A stretch of DNA of 25,991 nt from IMG/VR virus record IMGVR_UViG_3300012953_002798, positions 1 to 25,991 of that record. One strand, 5' to 3'. The position numbers were made by a program, and so were the translations under genes. The notes under the pieces were generated by a model, which saw nothing but the letters and a program-made list of their open reading frames with translations, searched no databases and had not been told where the DNA came from. This stretch comes from a virus. Taxonomy: Duplodnaviria > Caudoviricetes. Positions 17,715-25,991 of the stretch are shown here, piece after piece; positions within the stretch are counted from its first letter, which is position 1; the number at the start of each line of letters is the position of its first letter.

Positions 17715-17730
17715 CCGTTTAGTATAATCT
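17703..17730 (+). promoter_or_regulatory. Putative promoter (A-tract ... AGTATAATCT) for the replisome operon
   Basis: TATAAT at 17723-17728, then AAGGAG RBS and ATG 17748. No TTGACA-like -35. Confidence 0.55.
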
Positions 17731-17747
17731 CTATACAAGGAGATTTT

Positions 17748-18965
17748 ATGGTTGCATCTAAAAAACGGCAAAAGAACGCGGAGCTTTTAAAAGCTATGCG
17801 TAATCCAGAAGAACCGATACCACCAGCAGAGAATGAACTGGCTAAAATGTCAGGCATTAACTATTCTAAATCTAAGCGTGATGCTCAGGAATGGTATCGT
17901 ATGGAGAAAAGTAAAAAAGAATTCAAGACATATGTCATTGATTATATTAAGAATACAAGACCTGACCAATTAAAGATTATAAAAAGAAATCCTGATTGGA
18001 GATTCAGTCCAGTTCTTGGAGCTATGTGTAGAATGTTAACACGTGGTTGGCCTGACTATGTGGAAGCTGAGAATGTATATTGGCAAGGATTACCAGGTAC
18101 TACAGGTGTAGTAAGACCTATGTCAGCTTGGTTAGAGCCAAGACTTGATGAGTTATATGATAAAGGATTACATGGTGAAGATGAAGATGATGATAAACCT
18201 AAAGTAATTCGTAAGTCACCTATAGAACTATATAAAGAAAAAGTTTGGGATACAGTCATGACTGATCTGGTGAACATGGAAGATGATTGGATTGATGGTA
18301 AACAAACAACTATAGATATCTACACACTGTACCAGAAATATGGTCTTACTTCAAAAGCAAATCCAATTGTAGAACAACAAACTAAAAGATGGCATGAAGA
18401 GTATACAGAGTTATTGAAAGTAAGAAAGATAAAAGAACGTAGTGATTGGGACGAGCAACTCGTTGAAGGTTATCAGCATTTACAAGATAAAGAAGTTAAG
18501 TTTAGATTTAAAGCAATTGATACTATACACAGCGATTTAGAAAGAATTAAGAAAGCAACTCAAACTACTCGTAAATCAAGAGTCAAGAAACCACAGTCTG
18601 CAGAAAGACAGGTTAAGAATCTTAATTATGAGAAAGAGAATCATGAATATAAAGTAGTATCATTAAATCCACTACAAATTATTGGAACACATCGTCTATT
18701 AGTATTCAGTACAAAGTATTGCCGTATTGAAGAATATATTTCAGAGCGAGTAGATGGTTTCGAAGTAAAAGGACAAGCTTTATTACATGTTGATAAAACT
18801 AGAGGTAAGAAGTTAAGAAAGCCTATGGAATTCTTACCACTTGCACTATCAAAGACTGAAAGACAGTTTGATAAAGAATATGAAAAACTGACCACTAAGG
18901 AGTATAAACCTAATGGAAGGTTCAACAAAGCTCTTATTATATTAAGAGCAGACAAAAGGAGATAG
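17748..18965 (+). CDS. Conserved-looking hypothetical protein of T4-like phages
   Basis: 405-aa ORF with strong RBS. QLVEGY.HL, P..IIG...L.VF.TK and KKLRKP...NGRFN resemble uncharacterised marine T4-like proteins (recalled). Function unknown. Confidence 0.7.
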   Translation: MVASKKRQKNAELLKAMRNPEEPIPPAENELAKMSGINYSKSKRDAQEWYRMEKSKKEFKTYVIDYIKNTRPDQLKIIKRNPDWRFSPVLGAMCRMLTRGWPDYVEAENVYWQGLPGTTGVVRPMSAWLEPRLDELYDKGLHGEDEDDDKPKVIRKSPIELYKEKVWDTVMTDLVNMEDDWIDGKQTTIDIYTLYQKYGLTSKANPIVEQQTKRWHEEYTELLKVRKIKERSDWDEQLVEGYQHLQDKEVKFRFKAIDTIHSDLERIKKATQTTRKSRVKKPQSAERQVKNLNYEKENHEYKVVSLNPLQIIGTHRLLVFSTKYCRIEEYISERVDGFEVKGQALLHVDKTRGKKLRKPMEFLPLALSKTERQFDKEYEKLTTKEYKPNGRFNKALIILRADKRR

Positions 18966-18966
18966 T

Positions 18967-19623
18967 ATGAAGATTTCTAAAAGAACTTTAGGAATATTAA
19001 AAAACTTTGCGACAATAAATCAGTCTATAGTTATTTCTGAAGGTAATCAAATCGAAACTATTTCAAATGTAAAAGATATATTTGCTAAAGCCACTGTTGA
19101 TGAAACATTTGACAAAGAGTTTGCAATCTATGATTTGAATGAGTTCTTAGGTACTATATCTCTATTTGATTTAGATTGTGATTTTGAATTTGGTGATGAT
19201 GCAGTTATTATAAAAGATGGTTCTGCACAACAAAAGTATTTCTATGCTGATAAAAGTATAGTTGCTACACCACCTGAAAAAGGTATTACATTACCATCAG
19301 TTGAAGTAGAAAAAACAATCACTAAAGAAAATCTAACAAGATTAGCTAAAGCAGCTTCAATTAATAATGCTTCAGATATTACATTTACTGAAGAAGGTAT
19401 TATAGTACATGATAAAACAGTACCAACATCTAACAAGTTTACTATTAATCAGAAAGAAAAAAGCTCAGCCAAATATAATCTTTCAATCTCAGTTGATAAA
19501 CTAAAATTTATTATTGATGATTATAAAGTTAGTATTTGTGCTAAAGGATTATCATTATTTTCTGGTGCAAGTGGTATTGATTACTATGTAGCACTTCAAC
19601 CTGATGGTGAATATGGCAATTGA
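18967..19623 (+). CDS. gp45: Sliding clamp, DNA polymerase processivity factor
   Basis: MKISKRTL.ILKNFATINQSI, FAIYDLNEFL, DY.V.I and C-terminal YYVALQPD; replisome context. Confidence 0.93.
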   Translation: MKISKRTLGILKNFATINQSIVISEGNQIETISNVKDIFAKATVDETFDKEFAIYDLNEFLGTISLFDLDCDFEFGDDAVIIKDGSAQQKYFYADKSIVATPPEKGITLPSVEVEKTITKENLTRLAKAASINNASDITFTEEGIIVHDKTVPTSNKFTINQKEKSSAKYNLSISVDKLKFIIDDYKVSICAKGLSLFSGASGIDYYVALQPDGEYGN

Positions 19624-19867
19624 AGATGATGATAGGCAATCTTTAGAAGATGCCATTGAAGATGCTAGTGTAGCAGCTGAAAGGTATTTGACTTCTGAAA
19701 AAGATTTGCATAAGAAATTATTAGAAGTCACTGTTGATGATGCACTTCAAGCACTATCAATGTATAAGGAATTATTGAGAGATGATCCTAAAAAAGAAAC
19801 TTATAAAATCCATTTATTGGTACCAGTACAAATAGTAGAGATGTTAAAAGAAAATGAAGATAGCTAA
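19604..19867 (+). CDS. Small acidic hypothetical protein
   Basis: Fills the gap between gp45 and the deaminase and overlaps both. Alternative start at 19613. Confidence 0.55.
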   Translation: MVNMAIEDDDRQSLEDAIEDASVAAERYLTSEKDLHKKLLEVTVDDALQALSMYKELLRDDPKKETYKIHLLVPVQIVEMLKENEDS

Positions 19868-20285
19868 AGCAGATAAATTATATGGTGACTTAGTTGATGT
19901 CATCGGACAAATGTCTACCAGCCGTAGATTCAAGGTTGGTGCTATTATTGTAGATGATGGATTAGAAAATATTATTGCGTTTGGTTATAATGGAACACCA
20001 CGCGGTTGGGATAACGACTGTGAAATAGAAAATGAAGATGGTTCATTAACAACTAAACGAGAAGTTTTGCATGCGGAGTCAAATGCCCTTGCAAAAGTCG
20101 CACGTACCACATCCAGTGCAGAGGGATCGACGCTTTATGTCTCACTATCTCCTTGCTATGATTGTGCAAAGCTCATCTATCAAGCTGGTGTGGTTCGTGT
20201 CGTCTATAATGAAGAATACAGAAGTAAAGATGGAATAGATTTTCTTCTGGACTGTGGAGTAGAATGTGAGCAAAGAGAACTTTGA
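19854..20285 (+). CDS. cd: dCMP deaminase
   Basis: KVGAII, GYNGTPRG, HAESNA and SPCYDCAK zinc motifs. Confidence 0.93.
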   Translation: MKIAKADKLYGDLVDVIGQMSTSRRFKVGAIIVDDGLENIIAFGYNGTPRGWDNDCEIENEDGSLTTKREVLHAESNALAKVARTTSSAEGSTLYVSLSPCYDCAKLIYQAGVVRVVYNEEYRSKDGIDFLLDCGVECEQREL

Positions 20286-20496
20286 TCAGAAAAAAAAGTT
20301 AAAAGCATGGAAGTCAAAGACCGAGAAACTGGATAAGCAATGGAAAGATGGCTTCAAACCATTAGGTAAACCAGGAGCTGTAAAAAATTCTATAGCCATT
20401 GAGTATAATGGTAAGATATATGATTCACTCTCTTCAGCATCTAGAAAGACTGGAAGATCTATTGGATATATTAAGAAGCATAGCAAGGAGTTATAA
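20266..20496 (+). CDS. Small basic protein with NUMOD1-like helix-turn-helix
   Basis: GTG start with GGAG RBS. IEYNGKIYDSLSSASRKTG matches the NUMOD1-like G..Y.S..EA....G pattern. Confidence 0.55.
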   Translation: MSKENFDQKKKLKAWKSKTEKLDKQWKDGFKPLGKPGAVKNSIAIEYNGKIYDSLSSASRKTGRSIGYIKKHSKEL

Positions 20497-21431
20497 TGAA
20501 AGAACAATTTTTATGGGTAGAAAAATATCGTCCTAAGACTATTGACGAATGTATTTTACCTGACAAGTTAAAGCAAACATTTATTAACCTTAGAGATAAA
20601 GGTGATATGATGAATTTGCTTTTATCAGGTTCGGCGGGTACTGGCAAAACCACAGTGGCCAGAGCCCTTTGCGAAGAGCAAGGCTGTGATTACATCATAA
20701 TAAACGGTTCTGATGAGGGTAGATCTATTGATATACTCAGAGATAAGATTAAAAAGTTCGTCTCTACTGTTTCGACTACTACTAAGCCGAAAGTAGTTAT
20801 TATTGATGAAGCTGATTACCTAGGTATCGCAGTCCAGCCTGCTCTTCGTAATTTTATTGAAGAGTTTAGTTCAAATGCTAGATTCATATTAACATGTAAT
20901 TTCAAACATAAGATCATACCACCTTTACATTCAAGATGTAGTGTTATAGATTTCAGTATATCTAAATCTGATATGGCTGCAAATGCTGGTGGTATTGCTA
21001 AAAGATGTATGAATATTCTTGATACTGAAAAAGTTAAGTATGAAAAACAAGCAGTACTTGAAGTTGTAAAATCTCATTTTCCTGATAATCGTAGAATCAT
21101 TAATGAACTACAAAGATATTCTCATATTGATAATAATATTGATAGCGGTATCATTGCAGTTGTAAATACAAGTAAAGTAAAAACTCTTGTAAAATATATT
21201 AAGCAAAAAGATTTCAAATCATGTAGAGCTTGGATTGCAGATAATCCTGATCCTGATTCTTTATTCAATGAGTTCTATCAATCAATAAATGAATATGTAG
21301 AACCATCTTCTATACCAAATCTTATCTTAATCATTGGTGAGTACCAACATAGATCAGCATTTGTCACAAATCAAGAAATTAACTTAGCAGCATTTGTAGT
21401 TGAGGTTATGAAGAATGTCAAGTTCCGTTAA
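20496..21431 (+). CDS. gp44: Clamp loader large subunit (AAA+)
   Basis: LWVEKYRP..IDECILP, Walker A GSAGTGKTT, Walker B IIDEAD, PLHSRC and FPD.R..INELQRY. Confidence 0.96.
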   Translation: MKEQFLWVEKYRPKTIDECILPDKLKQTFINLRDKGDMMNLLLSGSAGTGKTTVARALCEEQGCDYIIINGSDEGRSIDILRDKIKKFVSTVSTTTKPKVVIIDEADYLGIAVQPALRNFIEEFSSNARFILTCNFKHKIIPPLHSRCSVIDFSISKSDMAANAGGIAKRCMNILDTEKVKYEKQAVLEVVKSHFPDNRRIINELQRYSHIDNNIDSGIIAVVNTSKVKTLVKYIKQKDFKSCRAWIADNPDPDSLFNEFYQSINEYVEPSSIPNLILIIGEYQHRSAFVTNQEINLAAFVVEVMKNVKFR

Positions 21432-22062
21432 ATTAATCAGTTATACGAATGCACCAGGCACTCATGAGGACAAAGTTTTAACTGATCTAATAGCTTATAC
21501 AGCTAGAGTTTCTAACCCATCCAATCAAGACAATAAGGAGACACAGGATAGGCTCCTTAAATACTTAATGAAGAATCAACATTGGTCACCATTCGAAATG
21601 GTAAATGTTTGTTTAGAAATTAAAACAACTAGAGATATTGCTAGACAAATATTAAGACATAGAAGTTTTTCATTTCAAGAGTTTAGTCAAAGGTATGCTG
21701 TTGCAAACTCCTTTACTCTTAGAGAGGCTAGAATACAAGATACAAAGAACAGACAGAATTCACATGACAATTTAGATATAAAACTAGAAAGAGACTGGTT
21801 GAATAAACAACAAGACTTGGTAGATAAAGCTAGAGAGTTATATGATTGGGCATTGGAAAATAAGATTGCAAAAGAACAAGCCAGAGCAGTCTTACCAGAA
21901 GGTTTAACTAATTCAACTTTGTATATGAATGGCACATTAAGAAGTTGGATACATTACATTGATTTAAGAATAGCAAATGGAACTCAAAAAGAACACAGAG
22001 AAGTTGCTTCTAAATGTTTGGAACAGATTTCAAGAATCTTTCCTGCAATCAAAGACAACTAG
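21415..22062 (+). CDS. thyX: Flavin-dependent thymidylate synthase
   Basis: ARVS, HWSPFE, RQILRHRSFSFQEFSQRY, AKEQARAVLP and TQKEHR. Confidence 0.96.
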   Translation: MSSSVKLISYTNAPGTHEDKVLTDLIAYTARVSNPSNQDNKETQDRLLKYLMKNQHWSPFEMVNVCLEIKTTRDIARQILRHRSFSFQEFSQRYAVANSFTLREARIQDTKNRQNSHDNLDIKLERDWLNKQQDLVDKARELYDWALENKIAKEQARAVLPEGLTNSTLYMNGTLRSWIHYIDLRIANGTQKEHREVASKCLEQISRIFPAIKDN

Positions 22063-22516
22063 GATATACTTCTTCTTAAGTACTCATTACCCACGTAAAA
22101 GAGCAGCACGTATGGGTTATAATGAGGTACACCCATGTTATATAGCCAGAAAAGGAAATGGTCTATATGCATGGGAAAAAGGTACATATTATAATAGTCA
22201 CAGAAGAATATCTAAATTTAGAGGTTTGAAACTTGGTATTGGAGAATATGGTGTTTCATTTGGTTTGATTAGTGGATATAGACCAAGAAACTTCTTAAAG
22301 ATACTCTTAAAGTCAGGTGAAATGCCATACATATTATTTCATTCTAAATCAGCATTCCATATACCTGCATTTATGGTATTTCCAGGTCAATGGTGGATTG
22401 TTTGTAAATATGAGGAAAAAACTTTGATGGGTCAGTATAAAGATCTTATAGGACATTGGAGTATAAAGAAAAGAAATGCAAATAGATTTATTCGGAAACG
22501 TAATAAAAGACAATAA
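21977..22516 (+). CDS. Hypothetical basic, aromatic-rich protein; start uncertain (21977 or 22112)
   Basis: Only long ORF covering the 22063-22475 gap. It overlaps thyX and gp62, and no motif was recognised. Confidence 0.55.
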   Translation: MELKKNTEKLLLNVWNRFQESFLQSKTTRIYFFLSTHYPRKRAARMGYNEVHPCYIARKGNGLYAWEKGTYYNSHRRISKFRGLKLGIGEYGVSFGLISGYRPRNFLKILLKSGEMPYILFHSKSAFHIPAFMVFPGQWWIVCKYEEKTLMGQYKDLIGHWSIKKRNANRFIRKRNKRQ

Positions 22517-22904
22517 TGAAGAAGAAGTAAAGGTACATAAGCCTTCACCCTTCGATTTCATTAAGTCTATATCAAATAAAAACTTTAAAGAAGATCTTTA
22601 TGGTTATGTCAAGTATGTAATCAATCTTGGATTTTCTATGAGATCAGATACTATTCACTATGCAAATGAAATGAACAAATATGATAATGTATCTGATGCA
22701 GAACAATATGCATTTTATTTTCATGCAATGCCAAAGAAAAATTACTTTGCGAAATGGCAAAAGATGAATAAGACCGATGGTATAGATGAGGTTGCAGAGT
22801 ATTATTCTATATCAAAGAAGCAGGCAATTGACTATTGTAAGACACTTAAGCCTGAGCAAATCAAATACATTCAGTCTCTTAACCTTAAAGGCGGTAAAAA
22901 ATAA
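22476..22904 (+). CDS. gp62: Clamp loader small subunit
   Basis: SPFDFIKSI, Y..YVIN.GFS...DTI.YANEMN, KK..FAKW.K and V.EYY..S...A. Confidence 0.9.
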   Translation: MQIDLFGNVIKDNNEEEVKVHKPSPFDFIKSISNKNFKEDLYGYVKYVINLGFSMRSDTIHYANEMNKYDNVSDAEQYAFYFHAMPKKNYFAKWQKMNKTDGIDEVAEYYSISKKQAIDYCKTLKPEQIKYIQSLNLKGGKK

Positions 22905-22940
22905 ATACAGTAGGCGTATCTAACATATTCAAAGGATATA

Positions 22941-23321
22941 ATGTTAGAACAATTACTAGAAGTAAAACTAAAAGAGCGAGACGATTTCCTTAAAATAGTA
23001 GAAACTTTGACAAGAATTGGATTAGAATCAAGAGATAAGAAGTTAGTCCAGACTTGCCACATTCTACACAAAAAAGGAAAGTACTATATCTGTCATTACA
23101 GAGAGCTCTTTAAACTGGATGGATTCGATAGGGAGATCACCGTCGAGGATACAGCACGTCGTAACGGAATAGCTCGACTTCTAGAAGAATGGAAATTATG
23201 TGAATTAGTTGGTTCAGCCGAACCAGCATCCCTCCAAAAAGTAAAAGTAATCCCTTTCAAAGAGAAAAGCGAATGGACGTTAAAAGCTAACTATACCATT
23301 GGCAAAAAGTCCATAAATTAG
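22941..23321 (+). CDS. regA: Translational repressor RegA
   Basis: LEV.L...DDFLKI.ETLTRIG, L.Q.CHILHK.G.YYI.H..ELF.LDG, RRN.IA.LL..W and W.L..NYTIG. Confidence 0.95.
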   Translation: MLEQLLEVKLKERDDFLKIVETLTRIGLESRDKKLVQTCHILHKKGKYYICHYRELFKLDGFDREITVEDTARRNGIARLLEEWKLCELVGSAEPASLQKVKVIPFKEKSEWTLKANYTIGKKSIN

Positions 23322-23327
23322 TATAAT
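23299..23327 (+). promoter_or_regulatory. Sigma70-like promoter TTGGCA-N17-TATAAT for gp43; probably leaderless
   Basis: -35 at 23299-23304 and -10 at 23322-23327, with the ATG 7 nt downstream and no SD. Confidence 0.62.
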
Positions 23328-23334
23328 CTAATTA

Positions 23335-25833
23335 ATGTCAGAATACTACACTAATGTTGCCATATATGGGCAAAATCTACTAGTCCGCGGTATCAGAGAT
23401 GGTGAAGAGTTTAGATCTAAAATTAAGTATGATCCTACACTCTACATACAATCTGCTACAAAGACAGGATTTACAGATGTTTATGGTAATCATTTAAAGC
23501 CATTACCATTTGATACAATGGTAGATGCCAGAAACTTTGGCAAACAAAATGAAGAAACAAATCTAAAAGTATATGGCTTCCCATTCTTTAACTCTCAGTA
23601 TTGTATTGAATATTATCCTAATGCTGAGAATGATTGGAAACGCGAAGAGATAAGAACATTTACAATTGATATTGAAGTATCTTCTGAAGAAGGTTTCCCT
23701 GAACCAGGTGAAGCCGCTCATCCAATCACAGCAATATGTTTACATGATTCTATTACTGATAAGTTTATTACATTCGGTAATGGTGATTGGTCAAGAAATG
23801 ATTCAGTACTTACTGATCAAGATTTACTAGATAAAATTGTATATGTACCATGTAATTCAGAAAGACAAATACTTGACTTCTTTATAAAGTATTGGCAAGA
23901 TCATTATCCTCAAATTATTACTGGTTGGAATACTCAATCATTTGATATGCCATATATTCACAATCGTATGGTAAAACTAGGAATGGATATTAAAAGACTC
24001 TCACCATGGGGTGTCACACGTATCAAAGAATTTCCTACAAAACAAGGTAATCAGCTCAGAGTTGAAATCATGGGTATTGATGATATTGATTATCTTGACA
24101 GATATAAAAAGAATGCTGTACAAGAATCATATCGTTTAGATCACATTGCTAATATCGAGCTTGGTGAAAAGAAACTAGATTATAAAGAAGTTGGTTCTTT
24201 ACATAAATTATTCTTTGAAGATTTCAATAAGTTTATTGATTATAATATTCAAGATACTAATCTTGTCAAAAGACTTGACGATAAGATGGGATTGATTGAT
24301 GTTCAAATTGCAGTAGCTTATAAAGCAGGTATTAATTATGAAGATGTATCAGGTGTTGTTAAAACATGGGATGCTATGATTAATAAAGAAATGTTCTTTG
24401 AAAAGAAAATACCACCATTCAGTTTTCCAAGAGGTGGATATACAGAAGCTATTCCAGGTGGTTATGTAAAACCACCACAGGTTGGTAAGCATGGATGGGT
24501 TGCTTCATTTGATTTAAACTCTCTATATCCTCATCTTATTATGCAATATAATATATCACCTGAAACTATTATGGATAAACTTCAGGTATGGCCAGAAATA
24601 TCTGAAGAAAAACGCATGCGTGATTTCTTACATGGTAAATCATTTAAATCACAAGGTGACTTTGCAGTTGCTGCTTCTGGTTGGATGTTTAAGAAAGACT
24701 TTGAAGGTATCATACCAAGAGTTATGCGTAAGCTATATGATGAACGTAAACAAATTCAAGGTGTAATGAAGAAGAAGCAGAAAGAAGGTGCTGATATTAC
24801 TAAACTGCATCTTGCTCAATATGTTCGTAAAATATTATTGAACTCAGGTTATGGTGCAATCACAAACAAATATTATAGATGGTTTGATCCAAGACTTGGT
24901 TCTAGTATCACATTATCAGGTCAGTTTGTAATTCAACGTGCTGAAATGGCAATCAATAGATATCTTAACAAGCTCTTAAAGACAGATAAAGTTGATTATG
25001 TTATTGCAATTGATACAGATTCAAACTATGTAAATCTTCAACCATTGGTTGATAAGTTCTTCGCAGATAAATCTAAAGCGGAAGTTGTAGATATTCTTGA
25101 CAGAGTCTGCGAAGAACAACTAACCAAAGCTCTTAATAAAGAGTTTGATTCAATAGCTGAATATCAAAATGTATATGCTCAGAAGATGGTTATGGGTAGA
25201 GAAGCTATTGCAGATGCTGCATTCTGGACAGCAAAGAAAAGATATGCAATGAATGTGCATGATATGGAAGGTTATAGACCTGAAAAGCCAAAGATCAAGA
25301 TACAAGGTCTTGAAGCCATCAGATCAAGTACACCTCAAGGCTGTAGAGAACCATTATTAAAACTTATTGAATTAGTACTAACCACTGATGAAGAAACAGT
25401 TCAGAAAGCGATTGCCAACTTTAAGAAGCATTTCCTTACATTACCTGCAGAAGAAATTGCATTTCCTAGAACTATGAATAATGTATGGCAATATACACCA
25501 AGAGATAATATTGGTTTCAAGAAAGGTACTCCACCACATATACGTGGTGCAATACTATTCAACAGACTTATCAATCAACACAAACTCGAGAAAGATTGGG
25601 AATATATCAAGAATGGTGAGAAAGGTAAATTCTTATGGCTTAGAGAACCTAATAATGTTGGTGGTGATGTAGTATCTTATTTGACATCTCTGCCTGATGA
25701 ATTCAAGGTCAGAGAATATATCAATTATGAAAAGATGTTCAGTAAAATTATTGGTGAACCTATGGAAGGTATACTAGATCCTATCGGCTGGACTATTGAA
25801 AAGCAATTGAATCTAACAAATTTCTTTGGATAA
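23335..25833 (+). CDS. gp43: Family B DNA polymerase (T4 gp43-like)
   Basis: ExoI DIEV, ExoII GWN...FDMPY, ExoIII YNIQD, motif A SFDLNSLYP, motif B KILLNSGYG, motif C DTDS, KKRY and a C-terminal clamp-binding LTNFFG. Confidence 0.97.
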   Translation: MSEYYTNVAIYGQNLLVRGIRDGEEFRSKIKYDPTLYIQSATKTGFTDVYGNHLKPLPFDTMVDARNFGKQNEETNLKVYGFPFFNSQYCIEYYPNAENDWKREEIRTFTIDIEVSSEEGFPEPGEAAHPITAICLHDSITDKFITFGNGDWSRNDSVLTDQDLLDKIVYVPCNSERQILDFFIKYWQDHYPQIITGWNTQSFDMPYIHNRMVKLGMDIKRLSPWGVTRIKEFPTKQGNQLRVEIMGIDDIDYLDRYKKNAVQESYRLDHIANIELGEKKLDYKEVGSLHKLFFEDFNKFIDYNIQDTNLVKRLDDKMGLIDVQIAVAYKAGINYEDVSGVVKTWDAMINKEMFFEKKIPPFSFPRGGYTEAIPGGYVKPPQVGKHGWVASFDLNSLYPHLIMQYNISPETIMDKLQVWPEISEEKRMRDFLHGKSFKSQGDFAVAASGWMFKKDFEGIIPRVMRKLYDERKQIQGVMKKKQKEGADITKLHLAQYVRKILLNSGYGAITNKYYRWFDPRLGSSITLSGQFVIQRAEMAINRYLNKLLKTDKVDYVIAIDTDSNYVNLQPLVDKFFADKSKAEVVDILDRVCEEQLTKALNKEFDSIAEYQNVYAQKMVMGREAIADAAFWTAKKRYAMNVHDMEGYRPEKPKIKIQGLEAIRSSTPQGCREPLLKLIELVLTTDEETVQKAIANFKKHFLTLPAEEIAFPRTMNNVWQYTPRDNIGFKKGTPPHIRGAILFNRLINQHKLEKDWEYIKNGEKGKFLWLREPNNVGGDVVSYLTSLPDEFKVREYINYEKMFSKIIGEPMEGILDPIGWTIEKQLNLTNFFG

Positions 25834-25836
25834 TAG

Positions 25837-25844
25837 TATAAATA
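25837..25844 (+). promoter_or_regulatory. T4-type late promoter TATAAATA
   Basis: Perfect consensus 3 nt after the gp43 stop. The expected start site falls at the 5' end of the structured RNA. Confidence 0.75.
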
Positions 25845-25849
25845 TTATA

Positions 25850-25982
25850 CGTTCATCAACTTTTTAGTTGACGGAAGTAGGCAAAACCTGAAAACCTCCC
25901 TATTCTTAGGGGAAAGCAAGTACCTTCTTTTTGGGTCAATAAATCCAGAAGGGAACGAGACCGAAAGTTTGCTGAAGGAACG
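25850..25982 (+). ncRNA. glnA-motif (glutamine riboswitch class I)-like RNA with expanded P3
   Basis: P1 CGUUC(25850-54)/GAACG(25978-82). P2 UCAACU/AGUUGA (25856-71). Junction CGGA plus E-loop AGUA(25876-79)/GAA(25974-76). P3 GGCAAA(25880-85)/UUUGCU(25968-73). Confidence 0.72.
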
Positions 25983-25991
25983 CGTTGAGAA

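Noticed and set aside
22900-22907. AATAAATA upstream of regA as a late promoter
   Set aside because: Imperfect match formed by Lys codons plus the stop codon, and regA is normally pre-replicative.
2015-23071. Minus-strand and alternative-frame ORFs in the six-frame track (e.g. 2015-2260, 4282-4629, 7944-8321, 10116-10475, 15776-16120, 18641-18955)
   Set aside because: They lie within or across well-supported + strand genes and show no motifs, so they are shadow ORFs.
23335-25833. Intein, intron or split in gp43
   Set aside because: The ORF is continuous at 832 aa with all motifs at normal spacing and no intein signatures.
25888-25966. CUGA...CGAAA in the riboswitch insert as a hammerhead ribozyme
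   Set aside because: The core reads CUGAAAA rather than CUGANGA, and the three-stem arrangement with a cleavage triplet cannot be built.
1-25991. CRISPR arrays, tRNAs, integrases/transposases or stop-codon reassignment
   Set aside because: No repeat-spacer periodicity, cloverleaf or recombinase motif was seen by eye. Known genes are full length under the standard code and end in TAA, TAG or TGA.

Overview
AT-rich, gene-dense fragment of a T4-like (probably marine or aquatic) myophage genome, with all credible genes on the + strand. From left to right it contains: (1) the C-terminal part of gp46; (2) two highly charged proteins that look like polyproteins of small modules joined by Glu-ending linkers resembling prohead-protease sites; (3) an ~11 kb tightly coupled accessory operon with three KpsS/KpsC-like GT-B paralogs, Gmd, a ColD-type (His-for-Lys) PLP 3-dehydratase, three GT-A glycosyltransferases, an SDR, a FabF-like ketosynthase and two TauD-fold dioxygenases with a non-canonical HxN metal motif; (4) a cupin, a DUF932 protein and a GuaC/IMPDH-fold protein that has lost its catalytic residues; (5) the T4 replisome block gp45-gp44-gp62-regA-gp43, interleaved with dCMP deaminase and thyX; (6) a late promoter followed by a glnA-type glutamine-riboswitch-like RNA with a ~79-nt insertion. 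All family assignments come from motif recognition by eye; no database searches were run.
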